From NCBI GenBank assembly GCA_963823025.1, contig CAWGKH010000011.1:391214-455213 (forward strand): DNA of 64,000 nt. Direction: 5' to 3'. Positions 1 to 12,082 of this stretch are shown here, piece by piece. Both the position numbers and the translations under genes were made by a program. The notes beneath the pieces were generated by a model that ran no database searches, was not told where the DNA came from, and worked only from the letters and a program-made list of their open reading frames with translations. The first letter of the stretch is position 1; every line of letters starts with the position of its first letter. This DNA comes from an uncultured Planctomycetota bacterium. Lineage in GTDB: Bacteria; Planctomycetota; UBA1135; UBA2386.

Positions 1-471
1 ACGCCGGAGCTGCCGGGGGACGTCGGCGCCGTCGAGGTGCGCGTCTGGCAACAGGACAGCGGTATCGGGACGACGATGACGCGCGACGACGACGGTGCGT
101 TCGTGCTGGGCAACCTCCCGGCGGGCTTCTACCGCGTCGCCCTCGGCGCCCAGTCGTTCGGCTGGCGCGATCTCGGCGCGCAATGGGTCGACGGCGAGCA
201 CGTCGCCGACCTCGGGCCGATCGAGCTGCCGCGGCCGGGTCGCGTGCGCCTGGTTCGTGCCGGCGAGGTCGACGGGCTGCCGGAGCTCTACGAGCGGCGG
301 CCGGCCTGCGACGTCCGCGCCGAGCACGCCGAGGCGGCTGCGAAGGACGACCTCGTGCTGCCGGCCGGTGCGTGGCTCTGTCTCTGGCGCACCCCGGACG
401 GTGTGCTCGGCTCGCGCGAGTTCACGGTGCGCCCCGGCGAGACCACCGAGGTGCGGGTCGGCGAGAACTGA
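1..471 (+). CDS. 3' end of a gene that starts upstream of the window; secreted protein fragment with a carboxypeptidase-regulatory-like beta-sandwich motif (GAFVLGNLPAGFYRVAL)
   Basis: Frame 1 is open from position 1 to the stop at 469-471. The motif resembles the CarbopepD_reg-like repeats of the large protein at 17232-20352. Confidence 0.45.
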   Translation, partial: TPELPGDVGAVEVRVWQQDSGIGTTMTRDDDGAFVLGNLPAGFYRVALGAQSFGWRDLGAQWVDGEHVADLGPIELPRPGRVRLVRAGEVDGLPELYERRPACDVRAEHAEAAAKDDLVLPAGAWLCLWRTPDGVLGSREFTVRPGETTEVRVGEN

Positions 472-480
472 CGGCGGCCG

Positions 481-1707
481 TCACCCGAGCTCGACGCGCA
501 CCAGCTCGAGGATCCGGCGCAGGCCGCGCTTCACGACGTCGGTGTCCGGGTGGCGGAGGATCACCCAGCCCTCGCCCTCGTAGGTGTCGGCGGGCTGCTT
601 GCCGGCTTCCGGGAGCTTCGATTCGACGACCAGCGAACCGAGCTCCTGTTGGGCGTGCTCGAGGCCGGTGACGCGGGCGATCTTCGTGCCTTCGCCCTGC
701 GCGCGCAGGTAGGCGGCGCCGGTCGCGTAGCGCCGCTCGGGTGGGCGAAACTCGCCGGTCGTCACGACGCGCGCCCAGGCCGTGTAGAAGTCCATGTCGT
801 GTGCCCAGGAGATCAGCGAGGTGAACTGCGCCCCCGGCGGCCGCGCGGCCACTTCCGAGATCGCGATCGAACCGTCGGGCCGACGGAACCACTCCATGTG
901 GGTCATGCCGGTCCGCATGCCGAGCGCGTCGAGCGCGCGCGGTCCGGCGTCGCGGATCGCGGCGAACTCCGGGCCGGAGATGTCCCGCGGCAGCAGCACC
1001 GTCCACTGGATCCACGGTTCGCTCAGAACCTCCAGCGGCGTCGGGCTGTAGCAGGAGATCGAGTGGAACACGTGACGCCCCTCGATGCTCATCGAGTCGA
1101 ACGAGAACTCGTCGCCGACGATGAACTCCTCGAGCAGGACCTTGGCCTCCGGCTTCGGTGCGGTCGCGCGCAGCGCACCGTCGAGCTGGTCGAGGTTCTC
1201 GACGCGGAACGTCGCCTTCGCGCCGGCCCCGGCCGGGGGCTTGACGACCAGCGGGAAGCCGGTGCGCTCGGCGAACGCGACCGCCTCCTTGCGCGTCGCA
1301 CACAGCGCGTGGCGCGCGCACGGCAGGCCGTGGGCAGCCAGCACGTCCTTCATGCGCGCCTTGTCGCGCATGTTGCGCGCAGCGTCGGGGCCGGTGCCCG
1401 GCAGGCCGAGCTTCACCCGCGCCTCCGCGAGCGGCACCTGCAACGGCTCGAGGATGCCGATCAGCGAGTCGATTCGGCCGTGGAGCTGCGACGCGAGCTG
1501 GCGCACTCCGCGCACGATCGAATCGGCAGACATCGCGTCGTCGACGCGGACGAACCCCTGGAGTCGCCGGCGGAGCTCTTCGGGGATACGCTCGACGGGC
1601 TCCTGGCTCAACACGGCGAGTCGCACGCCTCGCAGCGACGCTGCGGCGGCCACGAATCGGAGCGTGCTCTCGAGGGCGAAGGGAGCGGCGAAAACGCAGT
1701 GATGCAT
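481..1707 (-). CDS. ATP-grasp domain protein (carboxylate-amine ligase superfamily), paralog A
   Basis: 408 aa intact ORF. It shows an ATP-grasp core (GFPLVVKPPAGAGAKATFRV, EEFIVGDEFSFD, THMEWF, SEVAARPPG). It shares motifs with the ORF at 3278-4504 (THMEWF, ILRHPD, RDK..MK.VL), so the two are paralogs. Confidence 0.7.
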   Translation of the reverse strand: MHHCVFAAPFALESTLRFVAAAASLRGVRLAVLSQEPVERIPEELRRRLQGFVRVDDAMSADSIVRGVRQLASQLHGRIDSLIGILEPLQVPLAEARVKLGLPGTGPDAARNMRDKARMKDVLAAHGLPCARHALCATRKEAVAFAERTGFPLVVKPPAGAGAKATFRVENLDQLDGALRATAPKPEAKVLLEEFIVGDEFSFDSMSIEGRHVFHSISCYSPTPLEVLSEPWIQWTVLLPRDISGPEFAAIRDAGPRALDALGMRTGMTHMEWFRRPDGSIAISEVAARPPGAQFTSLISWAHDMDFYTAWARVVTTGEFRPPERRYATGAAYLRAQGEGTKIARVTGLEHAQQELGSLVVESKLPEAGKQPADTYEGEGWVILRHPDTDVVKRGLRRILELVRVELG

Positions 1708-1784
1708 GGATAGGATCGGGCCGCGGAACCCGCGTCGCGCATCACAACCGGGCGCTCCGGAGCCTGCAAGGCCGTTCCTCTTCC

Positions 1785-3281
1785 ATGAGCAAGCTTCGCA
1801 TCTGTCTCGTCTCCTCGGAGGTCGCCCCGTTCGCGAAGACCGGCGGCCTCGCCGACGTCGTCGCGGGGCTCGCGCGCTGGCTCGGCCGGCAGGGGCACGA
1901 CGTGCGCGTGTTCATGCCGCGCTATGCGAATCTGCGCGTGCCCGCGGGTGTCGAGCTGGAGGACGCCGGCTTCGGGACCGTGAACGTCGAATTCGACGGC
2001 ACGAGCACGCAGTTCCGCGTCGTGCACGCGACGCTGCCCGACAGCGACGTGCCGGTGATGTTCGTCGACTGTCCGACGATGTTCGGGCGGGAGCAGCTCT
2101 ACTCGTCGACGTACTCCGACGAGCACGTGCGGTTCGGGCTCCTGTGCCGCGCGACCCTCGAGAGCTGTCAGCGCATGCAGTGGGGACCGGACGTCTTCCA
2201 TCTGAACGACTGGCACACCGCGCTGCTGCCGCTGTACCTGAAGACCCTGTACGCGTGGGACGAGCTGTTCGATGGCGCCAAGACCGTCCTGACGATCCAC
2301 AACATCGGCTTCCAGGGGCAGTTCGGTCCCGGCGTGATCCACGACCTCGGGATGGACTCGGTGCGGAAGTACTTCCATCAGGAGGATCTCGCGCACGGTC
2401 ACGTCAACTTCCTGAAGACCGGGATCCTCTACGCCGACGTCGTGACGACGGTCAGCCAGACGTACGCCCGCGAGATCCAGACCGAGGCGTTCGGCATGGG
2501 ACTCGCCGACGTGCTGTCGCAGCGTGCCGGATCACTGGCGGGCATCGTCAATGCCGTCGACTACGACGAATGGAACCCGGAGACCGACGCGCGCATCCCG
2601 GCGAACTACTCGCTGCGGGATCTCGCCGGCAAGGTGAAGTGCAAGCAGGCGCTGCTCGAGCGCTTCGACCTGCAGTACGACGTGCGGACGCCGGTGTTCG
2701 GCGTGGTGTCGCGGCTCACCGGGCAGAAGGGCTTCGACCTGATGCCGGATGCGCTGCCGGTGCTGCTCCATGAGGAGGAGATCCAGCTCGTCGTGCTCGG
2801 CAGCGGGGAGGAGCGCTACGAGCAGTACTTCCAGTGGCTGCGCGACCGGTTCCCGGACCGGGTCGCGGTCTACCGCGGCTACCACGAGGAGCTCGCCCAC
2901 TGGATCGAGGCCGGGGCGGATGCGTTCCTGATGCCGTCACACTACGAGCCGTGCGGCATGAACCAGATGTACAGCTTGCGCTACGGCACGGTGCCGGTCG
3001 TCCGCCGGACCGGTGGGCTGGCGGACACGGTCCGGCAGTTCGATCCGCGGACCGGGGAGGGCACCGGGTACCTGTTCGACGAGTACGACGCGGGCGAGTT
3101 GGTGCGCGCGTGTCGGCGACTGCTCCGCGTGTGGCCGGACCGTCCGACGTGGTCGGTGCTGGTCCGGAACGGCATGCAGGAGGACTTCTCCTGGAATCGG
3201 GAGGGGCCGCGATACGTCGAGCTGTACGAGCAGCTGAAGTCGTCGCACGGCGGGCGCGCCACGGCGCGAGGAGGCGAATGA
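1785..3281 (+). CDS. glgA: glycogen synthase (ADP-glucose type, GT5)
   Basis: 498 aa. The N-terminal KTGGLADV motif follows EVAPFAKTGGLADV, and conservation along the whole length matches bacterial GlgA. Confidence 0.9.
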   Translation: MSKLRICLVSSEVAPFAKTGGLADVVAGLARWLGRQGHDVRVFMPRYANLRVPAGVELEDAGFGTVNVEFDGTSTQFRVVHATLPDSDVPVMFVDCPTMFGREQLYSSTYSDEHVRFGLLCRATLESCQRMQWGPDVFHLNDWHTALLPLYLKTLYAWDELFDGAKTVLTIHNIGFQGQFGPGVIHDLGMDSVRKYFHQEDLAHGHVNFLKTGILYADVVTTVSQTYAREIQTEAFGMGLADVLSQRAGSLAGIVNAVDYDEWNPETDARIPANYSLRDLAGKVKCKQALLERFDLQYDVRTPVFGVVSRLTGQKGFDLMPDALPVLLHEEEIQLVVLGSGEERYEQYFQWLRDRFPDRVAVYRGYHEELAHWIEAGADAFLMPSHYEPCGMNQMYSLRYGTVPVVRRTGGLADTVRQFDPRTGEGTGYLFDEYDAGELVRACRRLLRVWPDRPTWSVLVRNGMQEDFSWNREGPRYVELYEQLKSSHGGRATARGGE

Positions 3282-4504
3282 TGATGCACGTGCTGTTCGT
3301 CGAGCCCGGCTTCCCCAAGTCCCAACGGGAGCACGTTCGCGCGCTGCACGCGGTCGGTGCGAAGGTCACCGGGATCGGCGAGACCCCGTTCGAGTCCCTC
3401 GATCACGATCTGCGTTCGTGGCTGTCCGGTTACGAGGGCGTTCAGTCGGTGACGCACGAGCCGTCGCTCGAGGACGCGGTGCGTCGCGTCCAGGGTCGGG
3501 AATGGGTCGACCGGCTCGAGACCACGGTGGAGGCGCACATCCTGCCGGTCGCGCACGTGCGGGAGCGCTGCACGATCCCGGGCACGAGCACGCGGACCGC
3601 GTTCCTGTGCAGGGACAAGCCGGCGATGAAACACGTGCTGCGCGAGGCCGGCGTGCCGTGCGCCGCGTCCACCGGTGCGTCGGACGCGGACACCGTGCGG
3701 CGGTTCGCCGAGAAGGAGGGCTATCCGCTGATCCTCAAGCCGCTGGCTGCGGCGGGGGCCGCGGGGACCTACCGCGTCGACGACGCCGAGGCCCTCGAGC
3801 GGGCGATCACCGACTGCGGCGTCGACCGCGGTGCACCGATCGCGGTCGAGGAGTTCGTCGAAGGGCACGAGGGCTTCTACGACACGATCACCTGCAAGGG
3901 GGAGGTGGTCCACGACTTTGCGAGCCACTACTTCCCGAACGTCCTCGAAGCGATGCGCACGCGCTGGATCTCACCGCAGATCATCGCGACCAACCGGATC
4001 GACACGTCCGACTACGACGACGTCAAGGCGATGGGGCGGCGCGTCAACGAGGTGCTCGGCATCGAGACCTCGGCGACCCACATGGAGTGGTTCTTCGGTC
4101 CGAAGGGTCTGAAGTTCTCGGAGATCGGCTGCCGGCCGCCCGGTGTCGGGATGTGGGACGTGTACTGCGCGGCGAACGACGCCGACGTCTACGTCGAGTG
4201 GGCGAAGGCGATCGTGCAGGAGAAGGGTTTCACGCCGATGTCGCGGCGCTTCTCGGCCGGCATGATCGCGTTGCGTCCCGACCGCGACGGGAACGTGCAG
4301 GGTTACGAGGGGCTCGAGGAGATCCGCCGCCGCTACGGCAAGAACACCTGGCGCGAGCACTTCCCGGCCGTCGGCTCGCCGACGCAGGGCGTCGACCACG
4401 GGTACCACGCCAATGCGTGGATGATCCTGAGACACCCCGACTTCGACGCGCTGCGCGGCATCCTGAACGACGTCGGCGAGACCGTGCACGTGCGCGCGGG
4501 GTGA
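3278..4504 (+). CDS. ATP-grasp domain protein, paralog B, translationally coupled to glgA
   Basis: An ATGATGATG start overlaps the glgA TGA (ATGA overlap at about 3278-3281). It has ATP-grasp motifs (GYPLILKPLAAAGAAGTYRV, EEFVEGHEGFYD, THMEWF, SEIGCRPPG). The upstream part of track ORF 2834-4504 is non-coding read-through. Confidence 0.7.
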   Translation: MMMHVLFVEPGFPKSQREHVRALHAVGAKVTGIGETPFESLDHDLRSWLSGYEGVQSVTHEPSLEDAVRRVQGREWVDRLETTVEAHILPVAHVRERCTIPGTSTRTAFLCRDKPAMKHVLREAGVPCAASTGASDADTVRRFAEKEGYPLILKPLAAAGAAGTYRVDDAEALERAITDCGVDRGAPIAVEEFVEGHEGFYDTITCKGEVVHDFASHYFPNVLEAMRTRWISPQIIATNRIDTSDYDDVKAMGRRVNEVLGIETSATHMEWFFGPKGLKFSEIGCRPPGVGMWDVYCAANDADVYVEWAKAIVQEKGFTPMSRRFSAGMIALRPDRDGNVQGYEGLEEIRRRYGKNTWREHFPAVGSPTQGVDHGYHANAWMILRHPDFDALRGILNDVGETVHVRAG

Positions 4505-4520
4505 CAGCGGCGGCGCCGCG

Positions 4521-5804
4521 TCAGAGCCGCCCGAACGTCATCTGCCCGCCGTTGGACGCCGCGATCGAGGCATGGATCGGATCGAACACGATCCATTGCG
4601 CGAACACGCTCTGCGTGACCAGCGCCTGATCGGGCGGGATCGGCAGCGACATGGACGCGGTGCCGAGCGGGGAGGTCATCGACGGCAGCGCGAACGTCGG
4701 CAGCGTCAGCGCGGTGCAGCCGGTGAAGCCGTACGGCGTCAGGTCGATCGCCTGCTGCTGCACGTCGAGCTGTAGGACCGTCGGACCATCGTGTGGCGCG
4801 CCGAGGAGCGCGAGCACGAAGCTCTGGCCGATCAGCGGCTGGCCGCTGGCGGTGATCGCCGGTGGCGCCGCCGGAGCCACGCCGCAACCGACACCGTACG
4901 TCGCGAACGAGCCTGCGACCGGGCCGCCGTAGATCAGCGCGACCCACTCCGGGTGGTCGATGAACGGATTGCGGTTGCCCTGGTACGCGAACACGACGTC
5001 GTTCTTGCGCATCTCGCGTGCGTCGGGCGGATCGGCCTGGTTCCACTGCAGCAGCACCGACAGCAGACCCATGTAGCCGACGGAGCGGTTGCTGCCGGTG
5101 TTCGAGGAGTCCATCAACGAGCGGTCGTCGGTCAGGATCAGATCCGGCTCGGGTGCCCCGCCGACTCCGTGGACGCCGCCTTCGTAGCGCACGTCCATGT
5201 AGAACATCGCCCGTGCGACGTCGCCGCGGCGATCGGCCCAGACCTGCCAGCGACCGTTCGTGTAGCTTCCGCTCGTCCAGTTCGAGAGGCCGGGGAACTG
5301 GCCGTTGGTGCCGCCGTCGGTCGGGTACTCCGACGCGGAGGCCGTGCAGTTGTCGAACGGCTTGTTGCTGCGGGCGGTGTTGTAACCGTCGTCGGACAGG
5401 AACAGGTGGTGACAGTCGGTGTACGGGTAGTTGTCCGGCCCGTCGTCCGGGAAGCCGTAGCTCTTCGCCCACGTGTGCTCGCGGTTGTAGAGCGAGTTGC
5501 CGCCGCCCTGCTTCGGAAAGCTCCGGTTGCGGTAGATGTCGATGATGTTCGACGGGTTCGCGGGATCCTCCTGCGCCGACTCGAGCACGTCCCACGTGTC
5601 GATCTGACCGGTCGCCGTGTACGGGATCTTGACGTTGTCGTCGATGATCGCGTGGAGGGTCGCGCGGAGCGCGGCTGCGGAGGACGTGTCGACGGTGGCG
5701 TAGTAGCCGGACGGCACCTGGGCGACGGCGACGCTCGTCAGGAGCGCCACCACGATCAGGCGGAGGGTCCGGATCGACGCCCAGGGGAGGGACGGATCCG
5801 ACAT
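4521..5804 (-). CDS. secreted endonuclease I family (EndA/NucM-like) protein with an extra C-terminal domain
   Basis: The N-terminal signal peptide is LRLIVVALLTSVAVAQV. Motifs NREHTWAKSYGF and DCHHLFLSDDGYNTARSNKPF fit the Endonuclease I active-site region. A C-terminal domain of about 130 aa ending in GGQMTFGRL is shared with the ORF at 50065-50598. Confidence 0.55.
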   Translation of the reverse strand: MSDPSLPWASIRTLRLIVVALLTSVAVAQVPSGYYATVDTSSAAALRATLHAIIDDNVKIPYTATGQIDTWDVLESAQEDPANPSNIIDIYRNRSFPKQGGGNSLYNREHTWAKSYGFPDDGPDNYPYTDCHHLFLSDDGYNTARSNKPFDNCTASASEYPTDGGTNGQFPGLSNWTSGSYTNGRWQVWADRRGDVARAMFYMDVRYEGGVHGVGGAPEPDLILTDDRSLMDSSNTGSNRSVGYMGLLSVLLQWNQADPPDAREMRKNDVVFAYQGNRNPFIDHPEWVALIYGGPVAGSFATYGVGCGVAPAAPPAITASGQPLIGQSFVLALLGAPHDGPTVLQLDVQQQAIDLTPYGFTGCTALTLPTFALPSMTSPLGTASMSLPIPPDQALVTQSVFAQWIVFDPIHASIAASNGGQMTFGRL

Positions 5805-5882
5805 GGGGATTGGACCGGGAGAAAAAGGGGAGGCCGTCAGTTTGCCGGCTCACCGGCGAATTGCCAGCCGGTCGCCCGCGAG

Positions 5883-6974
5883 TCAGCCGCCTTGCGGTGC
5901 ACGGTCACGCGCACGCTCGTCGCTCAACCGTGCGGACTCGAACAGGAGCCGGGAGATCGTCAATCGCACGCGTTGGTCGACGTCCTCGGAGCTGCCCTTG
6001 GCGAACGAATACGCGCCGTACAGCGTCTGGAACGCACGCATGAAGTGCCGGTGGATCTGCTCCTCGAGCGCCTGACGGAGCTGCTCGCGCGTCACCAGCT
6101 GTTCGCGCTCGAGCGCGGTTCCGAGTCGCTCCTGCGTAGCGGTCTGCAGATCGAGTGCGGCGCTCAGCGACTCGGGCGTCAGCCAGCCGCGTTCGAGGAG
6201 GATGTCGCCGAGACGGTCGCCCGGCGGTGTCGAGTCCGAAGCGGCGAACACGACGTCGCCGTGATCGAGCTCGAACACCAGCGACTCGTCCGCAGTCCGG
6301 ATGCTGAGGGTGCCGGACTTCCGGGATGCGCTCAGCGACTCGAACACCGTTTGGATCGGCAGGCTCTCGGTGGTGCCTTCCATCGTCACTGCCGTACCGT
6401 CGTGGCCGCGGCGGAGATCGAGGAGCAGCTCCTCGGGCGACGGGATGCGTCGCGGCGCCTTTGTGTCGGCTGCGCGCGCGGCTCGCGCGGCTGGCGATCC
6501 GTCGCGGAGCGGCAGGCTGAACTCCTCGTTCGAGGGTCCGCCGCGGCCGACGATCTTCGGCATCCCGAAGGTGTTGCTCAGATCCTCGACGACGAGGCGG
6601 CGGAACGGTCGTGGCCCGACTTCCTCGAATCCACCGTCTGCGAACACCTCGTCGAGCGACAGACGGACGCCGGGCATCTCCATCGCGGTTCCGCCGAGAT
6701 GGTGCAGCGGGTCGATCTTGACGGCGTCGATCGCGTCGAGGCCGTCGTCACCGGGTGCATCGGCCGACGCGGCCCGCAGGCCGCGGTGCAGAAGTCCGCG
6801 TAGGGCGTCGAGCGGCGAGACCAGATCACGCATTGCTTCGGCGTCCGGTCCGAGCGGGAGTCCGCGCCGGACGGTGTGGTCGAGCAGCCCGTGGAGCGTG
6901 CGCGCCATCGACGCGAGCTCCTCGCAGTAGGTCGTGAGCATCGACTGCTGACCCGCCGAATGTGGATCGCCCAT
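5883..6974 (-). CDS. DUF4388 domain-containing protein
   Basis: The C-terminal half contains a DUF4388-like segment (LPIQTVFESLSASRKSGTLSIRTADESLVFELDHGDVVFAASD). The exact start is uncertain. Confidence 0.5.
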   Translation of the reverse strand: MGDPHSAGQQSMLTTYCEELASMARTLHGLLDHTVRRGLPLGPDAEAMRDLVSPLDALRGLLHRGLRAASADAPGDDGLDAIDAVKIDPLHHLGGTAMEMPGVRLSLDEVFADGGFEEVGPRPFRRLVVEDLSNTFGMPKIVGRGGPSNEEFSLPLRDGSPAARAARAADTKAPRRIPSPEELLLDLRRGHDGTAVTMEGTTESLPIQTVFESLSASRKSGTLSIRTADESLVFELDHGDVVFAASDSTPPGDRLGDILLERGWLTPESLSAALDLQTATQERLGTALEREQLVTREQLRQALEEQIHRHFMRAFQTLYGAYSFAKGSSEDVDQRVRLTISRLLFESARLSDERARDRAPQGG

Positions 6975-7035
6975 ACCGGTTTCTTCGGCATCGCCGGGCC
7001 TTCGGCTTGTCGCGTTTTTCGCGGTCGGGCGCGGC

Positions 7036-7773
7036 TCAGGCCGTCGCGGTCGGAGGTTCGAGGCCGGGAGTGGCGGCCCGGATCCACCAGCGCACCTGGG
7101 CCGGCGCGCAGCGGACGGCGACCGCCACCCGGTGGCCGGGAGCGGTCGCCGGCTCCAGGAAGGCCCAGGTCGTGGGGGGCTCCTCGGGAGGGGCGGTCTC
7201 GAGGACGGAGGGCTCCCCGGGGCGGATCGCGAAGGAGCGCAGCGATCCGGCGATGCCGGTGCCGCGGGCCTTCAGCCACGCTTCTTTGAGCGTCCACAGG
7301 CGCCAGAAACCCGCCCGGCTGCCCGCGTCGCCGCGACTCGCGAGCCACGCGAGCTCGGCCGCGGCGAGGAATCGCTCCGGCCTGCGTTCGGGCGGCGGTC
7401 GGTCCTCGGGCTCCACGTCGATGCCGACCCTGGCCCGGTCGGCGAGCGCGCAGCACACCAGTGAGGCACAGTGCGACACGTTCACCGACGGCGGTGGCAG
7501 CGCGAGTCGGCGCGCACAGCGGGCCTCGGGTCGGCCGTGCCGGCCGATCGCGAACCACCAGTCGAGGGGCGACGTGCCGGTCCGGTCCGCGAGGAGTCGG
7601 CGGGCGAGCGCGCGGCCGATGCGCGACAGCCGCGCCGCTCCCGGCGCGCGGAGCCGGATCAGGCGCGCGCGTTCCTCGGGGCGGAGCCAGGTGTCGGCCT
7701 CGGCCAGCGCGGCTTCGGACACAGCGTCCGGCGCGGCGTAGAGAACGCGGACCTCGGTCTCCGTCGGTGTCAT
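7036..7773 (-). CDS. 4'-phosphopantetheinyl transferase (Sfp type)
   Basis: It carries the GIDVE and WTLKEAWLKARGTG motifs. The start is taken at MTPTETEVRV. Confidence 0.65.
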   Translation of the reverse strand: MTPTETEVRVLYAAPDAVSEAALAEADTWLRPEERARLIRLRAPGAARLSRIGRALARRLLADRTGTSPLDWWFAIGRHGRPEARCARRLALPPPSVNVSHCASLVCCALADRARVGIDVEPEDRPPPERRPERFLAAAELAWLASRGDAGSRAGFWRLWTLKEAWLKARGTGIAGSLRSFAIRPGEPSVLETAPPEEPPTTWAFLEPATAPGHRVAVAVRCAPAQVRWWIRAATPGLEPPTATA

Positions 7774-7884
7774 CGGCTCACCCGCCGCTCGGGGCGCAGG
7801 GCAGGCGTCCGGAGCAGCGCTTCGGCCCACCCAGGCTACCAGAGTCGGCGTGCCGTCAGTAGGTCGACACCGCGGATCGCTGGC

Positions 7885-8939
<1,055 letters not shown>

Positions 8940-8943
<4 letters not shown>

Positions 8944-10316
8944 CGAGGGGATTCCTGGGTCGGATCGGAAACTTCAGTGGGTTCGTGAGGGTCTGCGCTC
9001 GCTGGTGCGCCGGGAGCGAAGTACGAGCCCTGGCCGGTGCTCGCGAGCACGCGTTGCCAGAGCGGGTCGTGCGGATCGACGTGACGCCGGTGCTGCACGG
9101 CGGTCGGGATCGGCACGTGGGTGAAGCGCTGGTTCCAGAAGCCGATCATCACGTCGGTGTAGCCGGCCATCCCGGCATGCACGCCGTGTTGGCCCAGCGC
9201 GAGGCAGAGCTCGGCGTCGAGCGAAGTCGCGGGGATGCTACGGATCAGGTAGCTCGGGTCGATGTACTTCATCGTGATCGGCTGCCCGATCGAATCGAAG
9301 TGGCCGACGATGCGGTCGCGCAGCCACAGTCCGATCTCGCCGAGCTTGCGATTGCCCGACGCGTCACGGCGGTCGCCGTCCGAAGCGCAGTGCTCCTGGC
9401 CGAATCCCTCCGCGACGGCGATCAGCGCGTGATCCCGCAGCTCGAGGCGTCGTTCGATCGCGCGCAGGAGTCCGGTCTCACCATCGATGGGGACCGGCGC
9501 CTCCGGGATCAGGCAGAAGTTGACGTCGGTGTTCGCCAAGCTCGCCGTCGCGGCGATGAATCCCGAATGTCGTCCCATCAGCTTGACCAGGCCGATGCCG
9601 CGACGTGTGGAATGACACTCGGTGTGACCGGACGCGAGCGCGACGTTGGCCGCGTGCACGGCGGTCGTGAACCCGAACGAGCGCATGACCCAGGCGATGT
9701 CGTTGTCGATCGTCTTGGGGATGCCGACGACGGCGGTGTCGACGCCGCGTTCGAGCAGCCGTTGCGCCAGGGCGGAGGCGCCGCGCAACGTGCCGTCCCC
9801 GCCGATCGCCAGCAGGATGCGCACGTCGCGCTCGACCAGGCCGTCGACCATGTCGTCCAGGTCCTGCGGGCCGCGCGAGGTGCCGAGGACCGTGCCGCCG
9901 AGGTGTTGGATGCCGTCGACCGACGACGGTGTCAGCGCTGCCGGCTCGTTGCCGGTGCGCGAGAGTCCCTCGTAGCCGTAGCGGAACCCGAGGATCTCGC
10001 GCACTCCGTACTGGTGCCAGAGCGTCAACACGATCCCGCGGATCACGTTGTTGAGCCCCGGACACAGGCCGCCGCAGGTCACGACGCCGGCGCGCACCGC
10101 ATCGGGATCGAAGTGCAGGCGCGGGCGCGGGCCCGCGATCTCGAACGCGGGCGGGCATCGACCGTGGCCGAGGAACGGCTCGAGATCCTCCGAATCGGCC
10201 GAGACCAGCACACGTGCGTCGTCGACGAACAGCGTCGGGTCGGCACGCATCGGGGAGCGCCGTCGTCCCGGGCCGAGGCGTCGCACCGTCAACTGCTCGG
10301 CGGTCGGCAGTCGCAT
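8940..10316 (-). CDS. pfk: 6-phosphofructokinase (ATP- or PPi-dependent PFK family)
   Basis: 458 aa with PFK motifs GGDGT and MGRHSG; the product family is recognisable along the whole length. Confidence 0.8.
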
Positions 10317-10340
10317 CGCGGCTCTGGAGCGGCCGAGCGG

Positions 10341-11928
<1,588 letters not shown>

Positions 11929-12082
11929 GACGCGGGGCATACGGCAGCGGTGGGATCGGACGGGCTCCGCGGCGGAGGTCCCGGGGGTCGGTTGCCGATC
12001 GAAGGGATCCGGCATCTTAGGCAGGGAGCTGCCCGCTTGGGAGCGCGAACCCGCCGAAGCCTGGGCACCCGAGGCGCTTCCC

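Noticed and set aside
95-1713. Nest of overlapping ORFs (95-583, 183-671, 422-1321, 550-1713, 794-1051, 1085-1702, 1089-1301) over the first ATP-grasp gene
   Set aside because: Only the minus-strand 481-1707 frame gives a recognisable protein (ATP-grasp motifs). The others are Arg/Ala/Pro-rich translations typical of off-frame or antisense reading of GC-rich DNA. Stop codons are AT-rich, so spurious ORFs run long.
4333-6803. ORFs 4333-5853 (minus, 506 aa) and 4791-6803 (plus, 670 aa)
   Set aside because: They are off-frame or antisense to the endonuclease and DUF4388 genes, and no conserved motifs are present.
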